Source: Neoconidiobolus thromboides FSU 785 (taxonomy: Eukaryota; Fungi; Entomophthoromycota). Taken from it: a DNA stretch of 64,000 nucleotides. A program made the position numbers and the translations under genes. A model generated the notes under the pieces. That model did not search any database and was not told where the DNA came from. It was given only the letters and a program-made list of their open reading frames with translations. Each line of letters begins with the position of its first letter. The stretch's first letter is position 1. The stretch lies in contig MU626357.1 of assembly GCA_025603075.1 (NCBI GenBank), positions 15,905 to 79,904 of the forward strand, given 5' to 3'. Shown in pieces: positions 25,597 to 38,982 of this stretch.

Positions 25597-26863
25597 ATGT
25601 CATTACTAACTACTATTTCTTGGTGTTTTGGTTGGGTAAGTTGAAAAGTGGGTCATTATCAATTTAGTTTAATCCTTTGAAATTTTACCAGATTTATTTC
25701 TCAGCTTGGTCCATCTCTTTTTATCCACAAGCTATTTTAAATTATAAACGTAAAAGGTAATTTGATTTAAAATCAACTCATTAACTCCTCCAATTAGTTA
25801 ACTTCATTTCAATTATTTAAAATTTAGTGTTCAAGGTTTATCTTTTGATTTTTTATATTACAATGTTTTGGGGTTTTTTTGTTATACGGTAAGTCAATAA
25901 TCTCATTATTATTATTTATTATTATCCATCATTCTAATTTTTTAATCAAACATATAAGGTTTATAATTTCACTTTTATGTTTTCTGAAATAGTAAAAAAA
26001 CAATATCAAGAACGATATGGTCCTAATGAGAACTTAGTAAAACTTAATGATCTATTTTTTTCAACTCATGCTTTAATATTATCTTCCCTCACTTTATATC
26101 AAACTTTTATTTATAAAGTAAGTTTTTTATTATAATTGTTAATCAAATATACTAATATTTGTTTCTTTTTCATTTCTTATTTAAGCGTGATGAAGAACAA
26201 AAATTATCAATATTTGGTACAAGAACATTACAGATATTATTAAGTATAATGGGAATATCTTTTTTGATTTCTTTGTTTGGTGGTATTAAATGGTTAGACA
26301 TGCTATATGTATTTTCATTTATTAAGTTGATATTATCCCTAGTAAAATATATTCCTCAGGTAAGATAAAATGAAGTTTGCTTTTTTTATCGTTTTATTTT
26401 AATTTTTAATTTTTAGGCTTATTTAAACTATAAAAGAAAATCGACTATTGGTTGGAGTATTCATAATATACTTTTAGTAAATTTTTAATAATAATAATAA
26501 TTTAATTTTAAAATATTGTATAGGATTTTACTGGTGGTTTATTTTCAATAGCTCAATTGTTAATTGACTCTTCGTTACAAAATGATTGGTCTGGTATTTT
26601 AGGGGTAAACTTATTGAATTTATTGAATTTGTTATACTAATCTACTATATTATTATTATTATTATTACTGTTATATAGAATCCTATTAAATTGTGAGTTC
26701 TTATATATATATTATTTATACATATATTAAATTATTATTATTGTTTAGCTTCTTAGGCAACTTATCCATTTTATTTGACCTATTATTTATGTATCAACAT
26801 TATATATTGTATCCTCATACCGACGAAGAAGAACTTGAAGAAGGCTATCAAGCTCTAACTTAA
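25597..26863 (+). CDS. ERS1: Cystinosin/ERS1 PQ-loop transporter, many exons
   Basis: Hand-spliced: GW|IYFSAWSISFYPQAILNYKRK|SVQGLSFDF...KYIPQ|AYLNYKRKSTIGWSIHN...DFTGGLFS...NPIK; two PQ loops. Confidence 0.9.
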
Positions 26864-26979
26864 ATTTTATAAATTAAATAAATGAAAAATAAAAATTTAA
26901 TATTATAAAAATAAAAAATATTGATATTAAAATGGATTATTTTTATATTTTTATATTTTTATATTTTTAAAAACAAATA

Positions 26980-28994
26980 TTATAAATCAATTAAATTCTC
27001 TGTATCATTCTCTTCATTTCTGCTCTTCCCTATATTCTCTTCACTATTTTCTCTAGATAACTCCCTTTGTGGTAATGGGGGTGGAGACATATCCATTTGT
27101 AAAATAGTTTCAATACAAGTAGTTAAGTCCCCATCTTTTGCTTCTAAAACAGCATTTAATACTTGTGGTTCATATGTTGGAAACATTTCAATTAACATAG
27201 CAATACCAGTATCAAACGGCAATGGTAAGGGTGAACTTACTTTTGGTGAAGTGGTACTAGGCATGATCCCTAATAATTTTTCATCTATAGTAGCTGTAGA
27301 ATTACGTCGCATCATAGTGGAACTGGGTATCATTGGTTGATTATTATTATTATTATTATTATTATTATTGTAAATATTATTTTCCTCTTCATTGGAATCT
27401 TCTTCACTTGAACTACCAAATAATTGCAATAAAAATGACTTTTTCTTTTTTAAATCTTTTTTATTAATTGTGTTATTATTATTATTATTATTTAATAAAT
27501 CTTCATTATCACTACCTGTATTTATTATTGGATTAGTAACGTCATTAATAAATTTATTCATTAAGTCTAATGGCCTTCTTATACGTTGTGTTAACGGAGA
27601 TTCTCTTCCAGATGAATTATTATTATTGTTTTGTTCTTTTATTGTTGTGTGATTAGATAATATTGGTGTTGGACTAATTGGATGATCTTGACTTAATGGA
27701 GTTATTGGTAAAGAAGTAGTTGTATCCATATCTAATTCTTTTAATGTATCTTCTAAATTTCTATTTAAATAAAAAATAAAACATTAATTATATTATTATA
27801 TTATAAATAAATTACTTATCAAATTCTTCTTTTGTAATAGATAAAGAAGTAGGTTCGATATTTTCAATAAAAGAACAAGCAGAATAAAATTGAGTAAGAT
27901 AATAACCTGGTTCGGATAATAATTTAGATGGATGTCTAAATCTTTGAATATATTGTAAATTAGAAAATAATTGTTTAGGAGCTGCTTTAAGTATCGTTAA
28001 TATTAACAAAGGTAAAAACGAATCGGCTCCTCCACTTGAACCTTTATCTTCTTTTTCCATTTTTTTTAATAATGCAAATAAATATTTACAACAATTTAAT
28101 AAACAGATCATCTTATGTCGAGGGGTTTTAAACTTGTTCACTTTTTGTAATTCTTGGCTTGCAAATAATAAATAATATTGATTATGATCTGTAACTATTA
28201 TATCTAAATGACTTTCTTTAATCCATTTAAAAAATTTATATCGTTGCTCTAAAATATGATCCCGTTCATTGTCTTCAGAGCCAATTGGACAAAAACAATG
28301 AATATGTAATCGATTCATTAAATATTGTTCAATACCTTCTTGCAAATATTCTATTAATTCTTCTCTATTATTAAACATAGATTCTTCTTCTAATTCTTCT
28401 CCTTTTTTAACTAATTCAAACCAAATTTGATTGTTAACCATTTTAACTAATATAAAATCCATAAACTCATGTATATTTTTAGTTAATTGTTTGAATGTAT
28501 ATGTTTTTCGGTCCAATTCTCTAACAAAATTTTCTAAATAACGTAAGATATCTTTTGCTTCAGGGGACCTTATTTGATCTAAAAATTTAGGATAATCAAA
28601 CTCTGCTTTACTACCACCAGAGCTATTTTGTCTTATTATCATACTTGGACTAGGTTTAACTATTGGACTAAAAGCTATTAAATATTAATATTTAATATTA
28701 CAATCTATTTTTTATTATTGATTTTTTTTTACCTTTTTCTTTTTCTTTTTCTTTTTCTTTTTCTTTTTCTTTTTCTTTTTCTTCATTATTGTCATTATCA
28801 CCATCATTATTATTATTATGATTAATATTATTATTTTCATTACCATTACCTTTGTTTATCTCTTTACTATTCTCTTCTTCTAAATTTAAATTCAATTTGG
28901 ACATATCTAACAGAAGTTGAGCATTAGGTGGAGATATTTGGTTTGGACTTTCAGGTAATTTAGTTTGAATCGCTAATTTAAATTCATCTTCCAT
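26980..28994 (-). CDS. VPS9: Rab5 GEF with VPS9 and CUE domains, 3 exons
   Basis: PRHKMICLLNCCK, GGADSFLPLL, SNLQYIQRF, GYYLTQFYSA; C-terminal CUE-like LIEMFPTYEPQVLNAVLEA; poly-N and KE repeats. Confidence 0.92.
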
Positions 28995-29119
28995 AATTCT
29001 ATTTGATTTGTTTTATATATTATATATTGTGTTATCGATTAAAGTCTTCTATATATTTTATTTAAGCCACTTATTTTTCTATTTCTTTATTGAATAGAAC
29101 ATGGGTTATTGTTTTATTT

Positions 29120-29184
29120 AGCCAATTAAATTGAGGGGATGTGAATTACTTGGCAGTGAGCTTTGTTCATGGTGATAAGCCAAT
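29120..29184 (+). promoter_or_regulatory. Two AGCCAAT boxes in the 272-bp divergent VPS9/glyoxylate reductase promoter
   Basis: AGCCAATTAAA at both 29120 and 29178. Confidence 0.45.
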
Positions 29185-29266
29185 TAAAGAGGAAATTGAT
29201 GAGTGATGTGTTCTAATGACATAAATATAAATTTATAAAAGTTGATATTAAATTTAAATATCTAAA

Positions 29267-30623
29267 ATGAAGAAATATAAGTTATTGATAACAAGAGAAT
29301 TAACATCAAAGATAAATGAAAGGATATTGGCTCTAAAGGATATGTAAATTTTCTATTTAATAAATATTTACTATTATTGATATTTTATTAATGTACTTTA
29401 GTTATGACTTAACTTGGCATAATAGTTCAGCACCATTAGATCCTAAAGAGTTTATTAAATTAAGTGAAGGTAATTTTACAACTTATCAAATTTTAATTAA
29501 ATTAAACTAATTGTGAATAATAATTAAGGTCAACATGGGATATTATGTACATTATCGGATTCTATTAATAATGAATTATTAACTAGTTGTGGACCACAAT
29601 TAAAAGTAAAATATTTTATTAATATCGATTTTCTTTTATTGATTTATAAAAAAACTAACTAATTTTAAGGTCATTTCAACTATGAGTGTAGGTTATGAGC
29701 ACTTTGATTTAAATGCAATAAAACAATTTGAATTAAAAAACAATATAAAAATAAAGCTAGGTTTTACCCCAGATGTATTAACAGATGCAGTGGCTGAAAT
29801 TAATATTGGTTTAGCTTTAACTGTTATGAGAAGATTATTTGAGGTAATAATTTAATTTAATATTTTAATTCATTTTAATAATAATATCAGGCTCAATCAG
29901 CTGCTATTAATGGAAATGTAAGTTATTATTATATTACATTATATTATGTTATTATATTATGTTATTATACTAATGATTTTATGTGAAGTGGAAGCAATGG
30001 TCTCCGAATTGGTTATTAGGTAATTAATTGTATTTAAATATAAATGTAATAATATTAAATCTTAATTTATTTTAGGTCATCAATTAAGTAATAAGACAAT
30101 TGGTTTATTAGGATTTGGTAGAATTGGAAAAGCAACTTATGAACGCTTATTACCATTTAAACCAAAACAATTACTTTATTATAAAAGAACATTATTGCAA
30201 CAGTCGTATGAAAATTTAATTTATTCTAATACTATGGAGTCTTTATTATCAGAAAGTGATATAATATTCATTAATATCGATTTGAATCCCGATACTATTC
30301 ATTTAATTGATTATTCGAAATTATCTTTAATGAAAAAAGAAGCTATATTAATTAATAGTTCTAGAGGTCAAATTATTAATCAAGATGATTTAGTTAAAGT
30401 ATTGAGAGAAAATAAATTAGGCGGTGTTGGATTAGATGTTACTACGCCTGAACCATTGTCAAAAAACCATCCTTTATTTATTGAATTCAAAAATAAAGTG
30501 ACAATCTTTCCTCATATTGGTTCAGCTACAGTTGAAACTAGAAATATGATGGGAGATTTAGCCTTAGATAATTTATTAACTGGAATAAATGATCAAGAGT
30601 TAAAGACAGAGATTAAATATTAA
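29267..30623 (+). CDS. Glyoxylate/hydroxypyruvate reductase (D-2-hydroxyacid dehydrogenase), many exons
   Basis: VISTMSVGYEH, GFTPDVLTDAVAE, IGLLGFGRIG, NSSRGQII, GLDVTTPEP, FPHIGSAT. Confidence 0.92.
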
Positions 30624-30846
30624 ATAAAATATACAATTTATACTGATTTTTATTCTTTAACATTATTAATTAACTTCAAAAAATTGTGATTTTAGTTTAA
30701 AATTTTAAACTTACTAAAACCAATAATATTCTTCTAATCTTTAATATTTAACCAATCATAATGAATTTTAATTACCTATTAATAACAAATTATTTAGAGT
30801 GACTGCTTAAAATTGTTTAGTCTATTTTTTAATAAGTAAAATTGAT

Positions 30847-31827
30847 ATGAATCCAGCAACAATTAACAACCCATTAATCCCAACCTCTTCCAATACTATT
30901 GATATCAAGCCCAGTCCCTTTTTAGTTGATTTAGGCGAAGTTTGGTCTATTTATGGAGAAGATCTATGTATTGAAATAGAACAAGCAATTGAAGATGATA
31001 AATATTATTCTAATAATAATAATAATAATAATTTTATAAAACCAAAGCAATATCAATTCCTTATTCATTTTATTAGTAAATATGATACTTTAATTAAAAT
31101 CGGCGTAAAATATGATATACAGGTAATAACAATAATAATAATACTATATATATTGATCTATTTTATTTGTTTTTAAATAGTTAGATATGTTATGTCGTAT
31201 TAATAAACTATCTATAAAAGATCAATTAATATCTAAAAAATATTTATTAATACCTATTAATGTTAATTTGAAATTAAAACAAATGGTTTATGAATATCCC
31301 AATTATTTTTATAATTTGAATAAATTACAATTAAATACAATAATTCCTTATGAATCCTGTATTCCGCCACCATTAGATAAAACTATTGAGCATTACAATA
31401 TTGACGAAACTTCATTAAGTTCAATAGAATCAAATGAAGAGAGTAAGTTTATGTTATATTATATTATACTTATTAAATTCAATACTAATTTCTTTTATTA
31501 TTAGCTTTTAATGAAACTAAACGGAATAGTTATATGAGACCAATAATTAACATAGATAATATAATAGCAACTAAACGCAAAACAATGATAAATGAAAGTA
31601 TAAATTATAAATTAAATCAACTAACTCCCTTATATGAAACTTATCAAACCATTGATAATACATTATTAGATTTATCAACTAATTGTATAATATCATCATC
31701 ATCATCATTATATAATAATAATAATAATAGTAATCAATTAAAAGAGAAACAAAATTATACAACAAATCCAGTAGAATTAATAACTTTTTCTTCAAGAAAA
31801 GTTAAATTACCTTTACCTGAAATTTGA
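30847..31827 (+). CDS. Hypothetical protein, 3 exons
   Basis: Three consecutive ORFs separated by ~50-bp GT-AG gaps (e.g. ...KYDIQ|gtaata...aatag|LDMLCRIN); poly-N; no family recognised. Confidence 0.6.
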
Positions 31828-31942
31828 TTTATAATTTATACTATTTATTTTCTTCAATCTTCTCCTTTGTGTGTATACTCCTTTTTATTATTATACAGAA
31901 ATAAAAACACAATAAATAATTAAATTTGAAAAAAATTTATTT

Positions 31943-33200
31943 TCATAATTCATCTTTATCTTCTTCATTTTCATTAGGTACTCGTAACACTTGCATCCCA
32001 GATGGATAAATAGCTGAAGCAGTGAATTCGGATAATACTAAGGCCGCTTGATAACCTCCATAAGCAGCAGAGATACCCACATCAATTAAAATGACTCTAC
32101 CTTCACATCGAGTTCTAATTTTACCATTCGATTGGACTGTATGACCCACCACCATTCTTTTAACTCCTAATTTTTTTAATGCTGATTTTAATACATTACA
32201 TATTTCAGTTTCAGTTTCTAATGCATAACCCCGATACCAAGCTGGACCATCACCACCAAATAATTCCACATTCCATAATTCATTAGGTGTTTTTTCACTT
32301 AATTCTTTTTTAGTGATTATATTTAAAGCAGTATTACCATATTCAGCAAAGGTGGGATGAATCCTAAATAAAAAATAAAAAATAAAAATAAAAATAAAAA
32401 TAAAAATAAAAATAAAAAATGATAATATATATATGCTTAAACTATACTAGAATACTATATTATTATTATTAATTCTATTAAAACCTTACCCACCATGACA
32501 AAATATAGTATCTTCAATTTTAGCTGTTAAATTTAAACCTCTTAAATACCGTCCAATCCAACCTTTTTCTGTAAACATTAATTTACGTTGAGTTAAATCA
32601 CCAAACGTTTGAATATCTTCTTCAGTAACATATCGATAATCTTCCATCAAATTCATTAATTCATGATTACCAAGTAAGGGAACTACCTAATAAAAAGAAA
32701 ATAAATAAGCTTATTTTTAGCTGAAAGATTCATTATATTGTTGATTGATATTCAAAAAAGTAGATTTATCTAAAAACTTACTAGACCACCTTCAATTTCA
32801 GCTTCTTTTCTAAGTCGTTTTAATAACTTGTATAATTTGATTGTATCTGGTCCTCGATCAACTACATCTCCCTATAAAATTAAAAAATTATTAATTTTAA
32901 ACTTTTATTGCTTTATTTCAATTAGTAATATATAATAATACTCTTCTTTTTCTCTATCATTTCTCTCCTTTTAATTTTACCTTCTCAAAAATAAAAACTT
33001 ACCGTTTGTACTAAAGTAGTAGTATTCTTTCCTTTCCATTTATTATTTTGATCAATAACATCCACCATTTTTAATACTTTAATAGCTTGACTATAATCCC
33101 CATGTAAATCACCAATAGCTATCATCCTTGGTCTTTCCCATTTACAAATAATACTATGAAGCCAAAAATTTAATGTTAATATTATTAAATTGAATCGCAT
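31943..33200 (-). CDS. Shewanella-like (SLP) PPP metallophosphatase with signal peptide and C-terminal KDEL, multi-exon
   Basis: IAIGDLHGD, QT|GDVVDRGPD, LLGNHE, FCHG|GIHP, GPAWYRG, MVVGHTVQ, IDVGIS; ends EDKDEL*. Confidence 0.9.
32367..32419 (+). repeat. (TAAAA/TAAAAA)n microsatellite inside an intron
   Basis: A run of about nine units is directly visible. Confidence 0.85.
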
Positions 33201-33610
33201 TTTATAATTTAATAAAGAAGCTTGAAAAATAATTTCATTTCAATGTTTCAATATTTCAATATTTTGATGTTTCAATTTGTTAATTTTATATATAAAATAT
33301 GTAAGGATTAAAAAATAAAAACTTAAAAATGAAAGAGTTACAAAGTTATCAAATATAAACAAAAAAGTAATAATTATTTAATAGTTTATATTATTTTGAA
33401 TAAAAAAATAAATTTAAATACAAAGAATAGAATAGTTCTTATTTTTTACATTGAATATCCAAGTCCTTAAATTTTTTCTCCAAAAAAATCAAATAAAGTC
33501 GTTTTGAATTTTTCTATCATTACTTGACTGTTTCCTTTTCTTGAAATTGATACTTAAATTTATGCCCATTTTTGGAATTGAAACTCAATAAATCTTAATA
33601 TACAGATGAT

Positions 33611-35642
33611 TTATTCCTCTGCCAATGCTCTTTCTTTACTATCAATAATTAAAGGTCCTAATTCTTTAGTCAATACTGCTTTTTTAAGGAAAGGATGTTG
33701 CAATAATTCTTTTGTGTTAGGTCTTTCAGCAGGTTCTACTTCTAAGCACCAATTTAAAAATTGTTTTAAACTATTAGATAAATTTTCTGGTTCTTCCAAT
33801 TTAGGAGTACCAATAGTAGCTATTAAATACAATGCTCTTAATGGGTTTTCCTTTAAATAAGGCGGTTCTCCCTCTATCATTTCAATAATCATTATACCTA
33901 ATGACCATATATCAACTTTAGGTCCATATTCTTTACGTGTAACTATTTCTGGGGCCATCCAATAAGGTGTACCTACCATAGTTACTCGTCGATTTTCATC
34001 TTCATTTAATTGTGCACAAAATCCGAAATCCGTAATTTTAACATCTCCATTAAATGATAATAATATATTATCACTTTTAATATCTCGATGTATAATACTA
34101 TGAGAATGTAAATGATCTAAACCTTTTAATACCTAAATAAATATTAAAATTAATATAATTGTTAATTTTTATATAATAATATAAATTTACTTCTTGACTA
34201 ATAGTAGCTATTTGACTTTCTGTAATAATAGTATTAGTAACTACTTCAGTTAAAGATCCTCCTTCCATATATTCCATAACTACCCAAAGGTCCCCTTTCC
34301 ATAGATAGCCATCAATAAAATTGACAATGTTAGGATGTTTTGCTGATTTCATTACTGAAATTTCATTAACAATTAATTCTTTCTTAGGTTGTTGTAATAT
34401 ATTGATTTGTTTTAATGCTAATGGATTATCAGGTTCTTTTGTATGATATGCAATAAATACACCGCCCGATGCTCCTTGTCCAATTTTACGATGTCCTTCA
34501 TAAACTTTATAGGGATCTTGATAGTGACAGAATAATTTTAAGCGCTCCATAACATCATGAATAGAGGATCGTCGTTGCGTTGATGGTCTTGGCATAGGTT
34601 TAGGTGGTATTTCTCCAAGCGAATCATGAGTTATATTATCTAAATGATCAATTTCATTACGTGGAGTAAGTGAAGATTCCATTGGTAAAGATTGTGAAGT
34701 AGGATCTAATAAATTAATATTAATATCAAATTAATATTATACATATATTATAATAAAATATATTACCACTATGTGCTATAGATACTTGAGAATTAGTTGA
34801 AGGAGCAAGTGTACTTGCATCTGATTTCCTTGGTTGATTTTTTTCTTCCCTTAACGAATCTCTTAATTCTTGACGAGTTAACGATAACTAAGATAAAAAA
34901 ATATTAATATTTTTTCTTTTTATTCAAACAAATTAAATAATATTCTTACTTTTCCAGTATTAAATTTCTTCTCATTATTATTATTATTATTATTACTATC
35001 TTCAAACCGATCCCATTTACCATCTTTTTGTCCTTGATTATAAAATTCCATTACATCAATAACTGCCTGTTTTATTATAGTAAAAAAAATTAAGTTAATT
35101 CATAAACCTCAATTAATAAAATAGTTCAAAATTACCTGAGGGTGAGCAGCTTGTTCTGTTTGTGTAATACCCGATGTTTTAAGTATTTGTTTCCATTCTT
35201 GAGGTAAACCCTAATAATCATGAAAATTAATATGTCTATTACCTTTTAAAAATTAAATTAAATTTACCAAAAATTCCCCAGTTTCATTATCATAACCTAC
35301 ATGAGTAATATGTCTTGTATTAAATGGTAAAGAAATTTGTTGTTTTCTTTGTGGTTGAGGTGGACTATTATTAGCATTAAATTTACCTATTTAAAAGATA
35401 AAATATTGATTAATATCTTTATTTAGCTCTTAAAAGTTAAACTAAAACATACCCGAGACCGATGAAAAAAATTGTGAAAATTTATGTGATAAAGAAGAAC
35501 GATTTCCAGCTTTACTTTCTTGTAAATTTAAATTACTAAGTTTTTTGTTTAATTTTTGCATCCCATTAGTATTTGGACTAACTTGATTGTTTTTTAAATT
35601 AGCTACACTTTTACTTTTCGTTAAACTTGAATTATTTTCCAT
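33611..35642 (-). CDS. p21-activated kinase (Ste20/Cla4 family), multi-exon
   Basis: [20 protein letters not shown]; kinase motifs [38 protein letters not shown]. Confidence 0.95.
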
Positions 35643-37257
35643 CTTTTCTTTGAATCTGAATTTGAATTTTATTTGTTATTTTATTTTTATATTTCAAATA
35701 CTTATTCTTCTACAACTATTCTTTCCAATTATAAATACCTTCGATTTCAATTGCTATATTATATCGTGCTAATCTCTCTTCCTTTTTTAATAAATATTGC
35801 TACTGCTGTTACTTCTATGCTACTTCAATTGGTAAACAAAGTATTTAAAACTAGAAACTTTTGATAATAAAAAAGAGAAAAATAAAAAGTTCTCAAAGAG
35901 GTGCAATAACCAAGAAGATTAGGGTGTATCTTTCTGTTGAGTGGTGATGGTAATGTATTTCGATTTTTATTGGTCAATTTTACTTATACTTTCAAATTAA
36001 TTGGCTAGCTTGAAATAGCCTGATTCGGTGGGTAATTAAAATTTAGAAATATGTTGTTGGCTTGATTTAGTAAAAAGGCAAGTAAATTTTTAATAAAATA
36101 ATAATAAATTGAAGTAATTTATTAACTATTTATTAAACTGTTGAAGTTCAATTTTTGTTAATTTTGTTTTCTTTCAATTAAATAAGGTTGAAATAATACA
36201 AGTTAGTTAAACCCTATATTGAAGCTTTATTTGAAAGCTAGAATGATATTAATTAAATATCGAAAAACAATTTTTGTATTTTGAGTGATTTCATGTAAAA
36301 AATTCAAGGCTTTAATCAAAGTTAAGTTAGAATTTATTGGATTTTCATGCTTTTAATTTAAATGAGATTAAACTTAGATGTTTCATATTTATTTTTAATT
36401 TTTTTTTATAAAGCAATTATTAAAATAAACATTTGCTTTTAGGATCAAAACAAGTATGAAATAAACTAAACAAATTAAAAAACTTATTGGTTGAATTTTT
36501 TTAATTAATTGCACTTGTTTCTTTATTTAAATATGTTAATATCAGTAAAACTAGTAATTTGATTGTATTTAGCAACTATTCAATATTGATCTTATTATTT
36601 CTAAATAAATATTATTATATTATGTATTATTTCAGTATTAAATGTTACAATGGTTTCATGTTATTTAGAATAAGAACTAATCAAAATCTAAGGCTCTATT
36701 TTATCCTGATTTTGAATTATTTATATAAAAGTTGTATTAAGGTCTAATTAATACAAAATCTTATCTGTAATATTAGCTAGGCTTTTAAGCTTTACAAGGT
36801 GTATTAATAAAGTACATCTAAATAATACATTCTAACTGAATCCTTTTCTATTAATGAAAATAGTTTATATTTTCAAATTTTGATGAGTTTTGTTCTTTTT
36901 ATCAACTTAAAATTTAAAAAATTTATAGATAAATCCTTAGAAGTAAAAAACGTCAATACTTTAACTATTAAGCTTATTAAATAAAAAAGCTTAAAAAAGT
37001 ACTCTGTAAATACATTCAAGTTCAATAAAAGGGAAAAAATAATAATCGATATAATATGATAATTGTTTTTTTAACATAAATTATTATGTACATTATATAA
37101 AATACTATATTGTTATCATTAATAAAACCAGAGCTAACAAAAAACCATTTGTCACATCTAATTGGCTATTCAATACATCAAAAATTAAACTCAAATAAAA
37201 TTTTATTCTTACTCTTTAATCCAAATAATAATATAATAATATAGAAACAACTTCAAT

Positions 37258-38626
37258 ATGTCTAACTTAAGACCCCTTTTTAGAAACATGCCAAGAACCA
37301 ATATATATCTATCAACAACGTCTACTTCTAAATATAAAATAAGACTTAATTCAACTAAGTTTATTCCAATCCGAAATTTAACCATAACAGCTTCTAGTTT
37401 ACATAGTACTTCATTCTCAAATTCAACAAACCCAGTTTCCACTCCAATAAACATCCAACAAGAATACATAAGTATCTCATTTTATAAATTTGTCAACTTA
37501 CCACAATTAAAGTTATCTCAATTACGAACCCAATTACTTAAAGATTTAGTTCAATTACAAGTGAGTGGAAGAATCTATATAGCTACTGAAGGTATTAATG
37601 CCCAATTTTCATGTCCTAAAAAACGACTAAAAGAAATTGAAAATTACTTTAAATCTGGTATAAAAATGGGGGATAAAAACTTATTTGGAGAAGATGTTAC
37701 TTTTAATATTTCGACTTTAAATGAAAAAGGATTTTCAAAATTACATGTTAGAGTTAAAAAACAGGTAAGTGGAAATTTCATAAAGTAGATTCAGATGGAT
37801 GAACTAATTGGGATTTCAATTTATTAGATCGTTGCTACGGATATTTCACCAGAAGAATACAATATTGAAGATCAACCTACTTATTTAGACGCTGAAAAGT
37901 GGCATAAAGAGTTGACTGAAATATCTGAAAAAAAAGATAAATTTTATCTATTTGATGTTAGAAATCGATATGAGAGGTAATTTAACTCATCTTCAATCAT
38001 TTTTAACTTTAATCCAACGAGTTAATAGTGATATTGGTCATTTTGAAGGAGCGATCCTCCATGATGTAGTTACATTTCGAGAGGGTATGGATAAGTTAAT
38101 CGAAGATACCCAAGGCTTACAAAAAAAGCCAATTTATATGTATTGCACTGGTGGTATTCGATGTTCTAAAGCAGGTTCTATATTAAAATCAAAAGGGTTT
38201 AAAGATGTTAGAATGCTAAAAGGAGGTATTACAGCTTATGGGAATTATATTAGACAATTGAAAGAAAAGATAGAGGAAGAATTAGTAAGTGATAAGGAAG
38301 ATAAAAAACAAGTGAAATCTTTGTTCCGTGGTCAAAACTTCACATTTGATAAACGAAGAGGAGAGCCCATTTCAGAAGAAATTATAAGTAAATGTCATCA
38401 ATGTGGTACTCCTACCAGTAATTATACGAATTGTATTAATATTGTTTGTAATTTATTATTTTTACAATGTGATGCTTGTAAGATTAAACATAAAGGTACT
38501 TGTGGTTGTGAAAGCTGTAAAGAACCCATACTTACTAGGGAAGATAATATTGAGAGGAAAAGTGCCGTACACCACCATACTATTAGAGTTAGACCTGAGT
38601 TGGTTATTGGGAAGATTGTACCTTAG
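37258..38626 (+). CDS. TrhO/YceA (UPF0176)-type rhodanese protein with a presequence-like N-terminus, 3 exons
   Basis: SFYKFV, GRIYIATEGINAQ, DVRNRYES|DIGHFEGA, YMYCTGGIRC, LKGGITAY, C-terminal Cys-rich domain. Confidence 0.88.
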
Positions 38627-38982
38627 TTTATAGTAGAGGAAGAATAGATATAGAATGTTTAAAATTGTAAAAGTTAATTAGTACATTTGTTTTTGTGTTT
38701 TAAAATTAGAATTAAAATAATAGAATTTAATAATATTATTATTATTTATTTTATAGTTCATTATTTTTTGCTTTTGAAAATAAAACAAAATCTCTTAATT
38801 AATCACTATAAATAAGCAATATGATTTAAACACAATTTTATGATTTAAAAAAAGTAAGGAGGAACCAAAATTTCATCCAATATCTTGCCCATATGCTATT
38901 AAGTTTTGAGACTAAAGTAGATTTACAAAATAAACTATAAATGAGGTTTTATTATAATTATTGTTTTTTTGTTGTATAAAAA

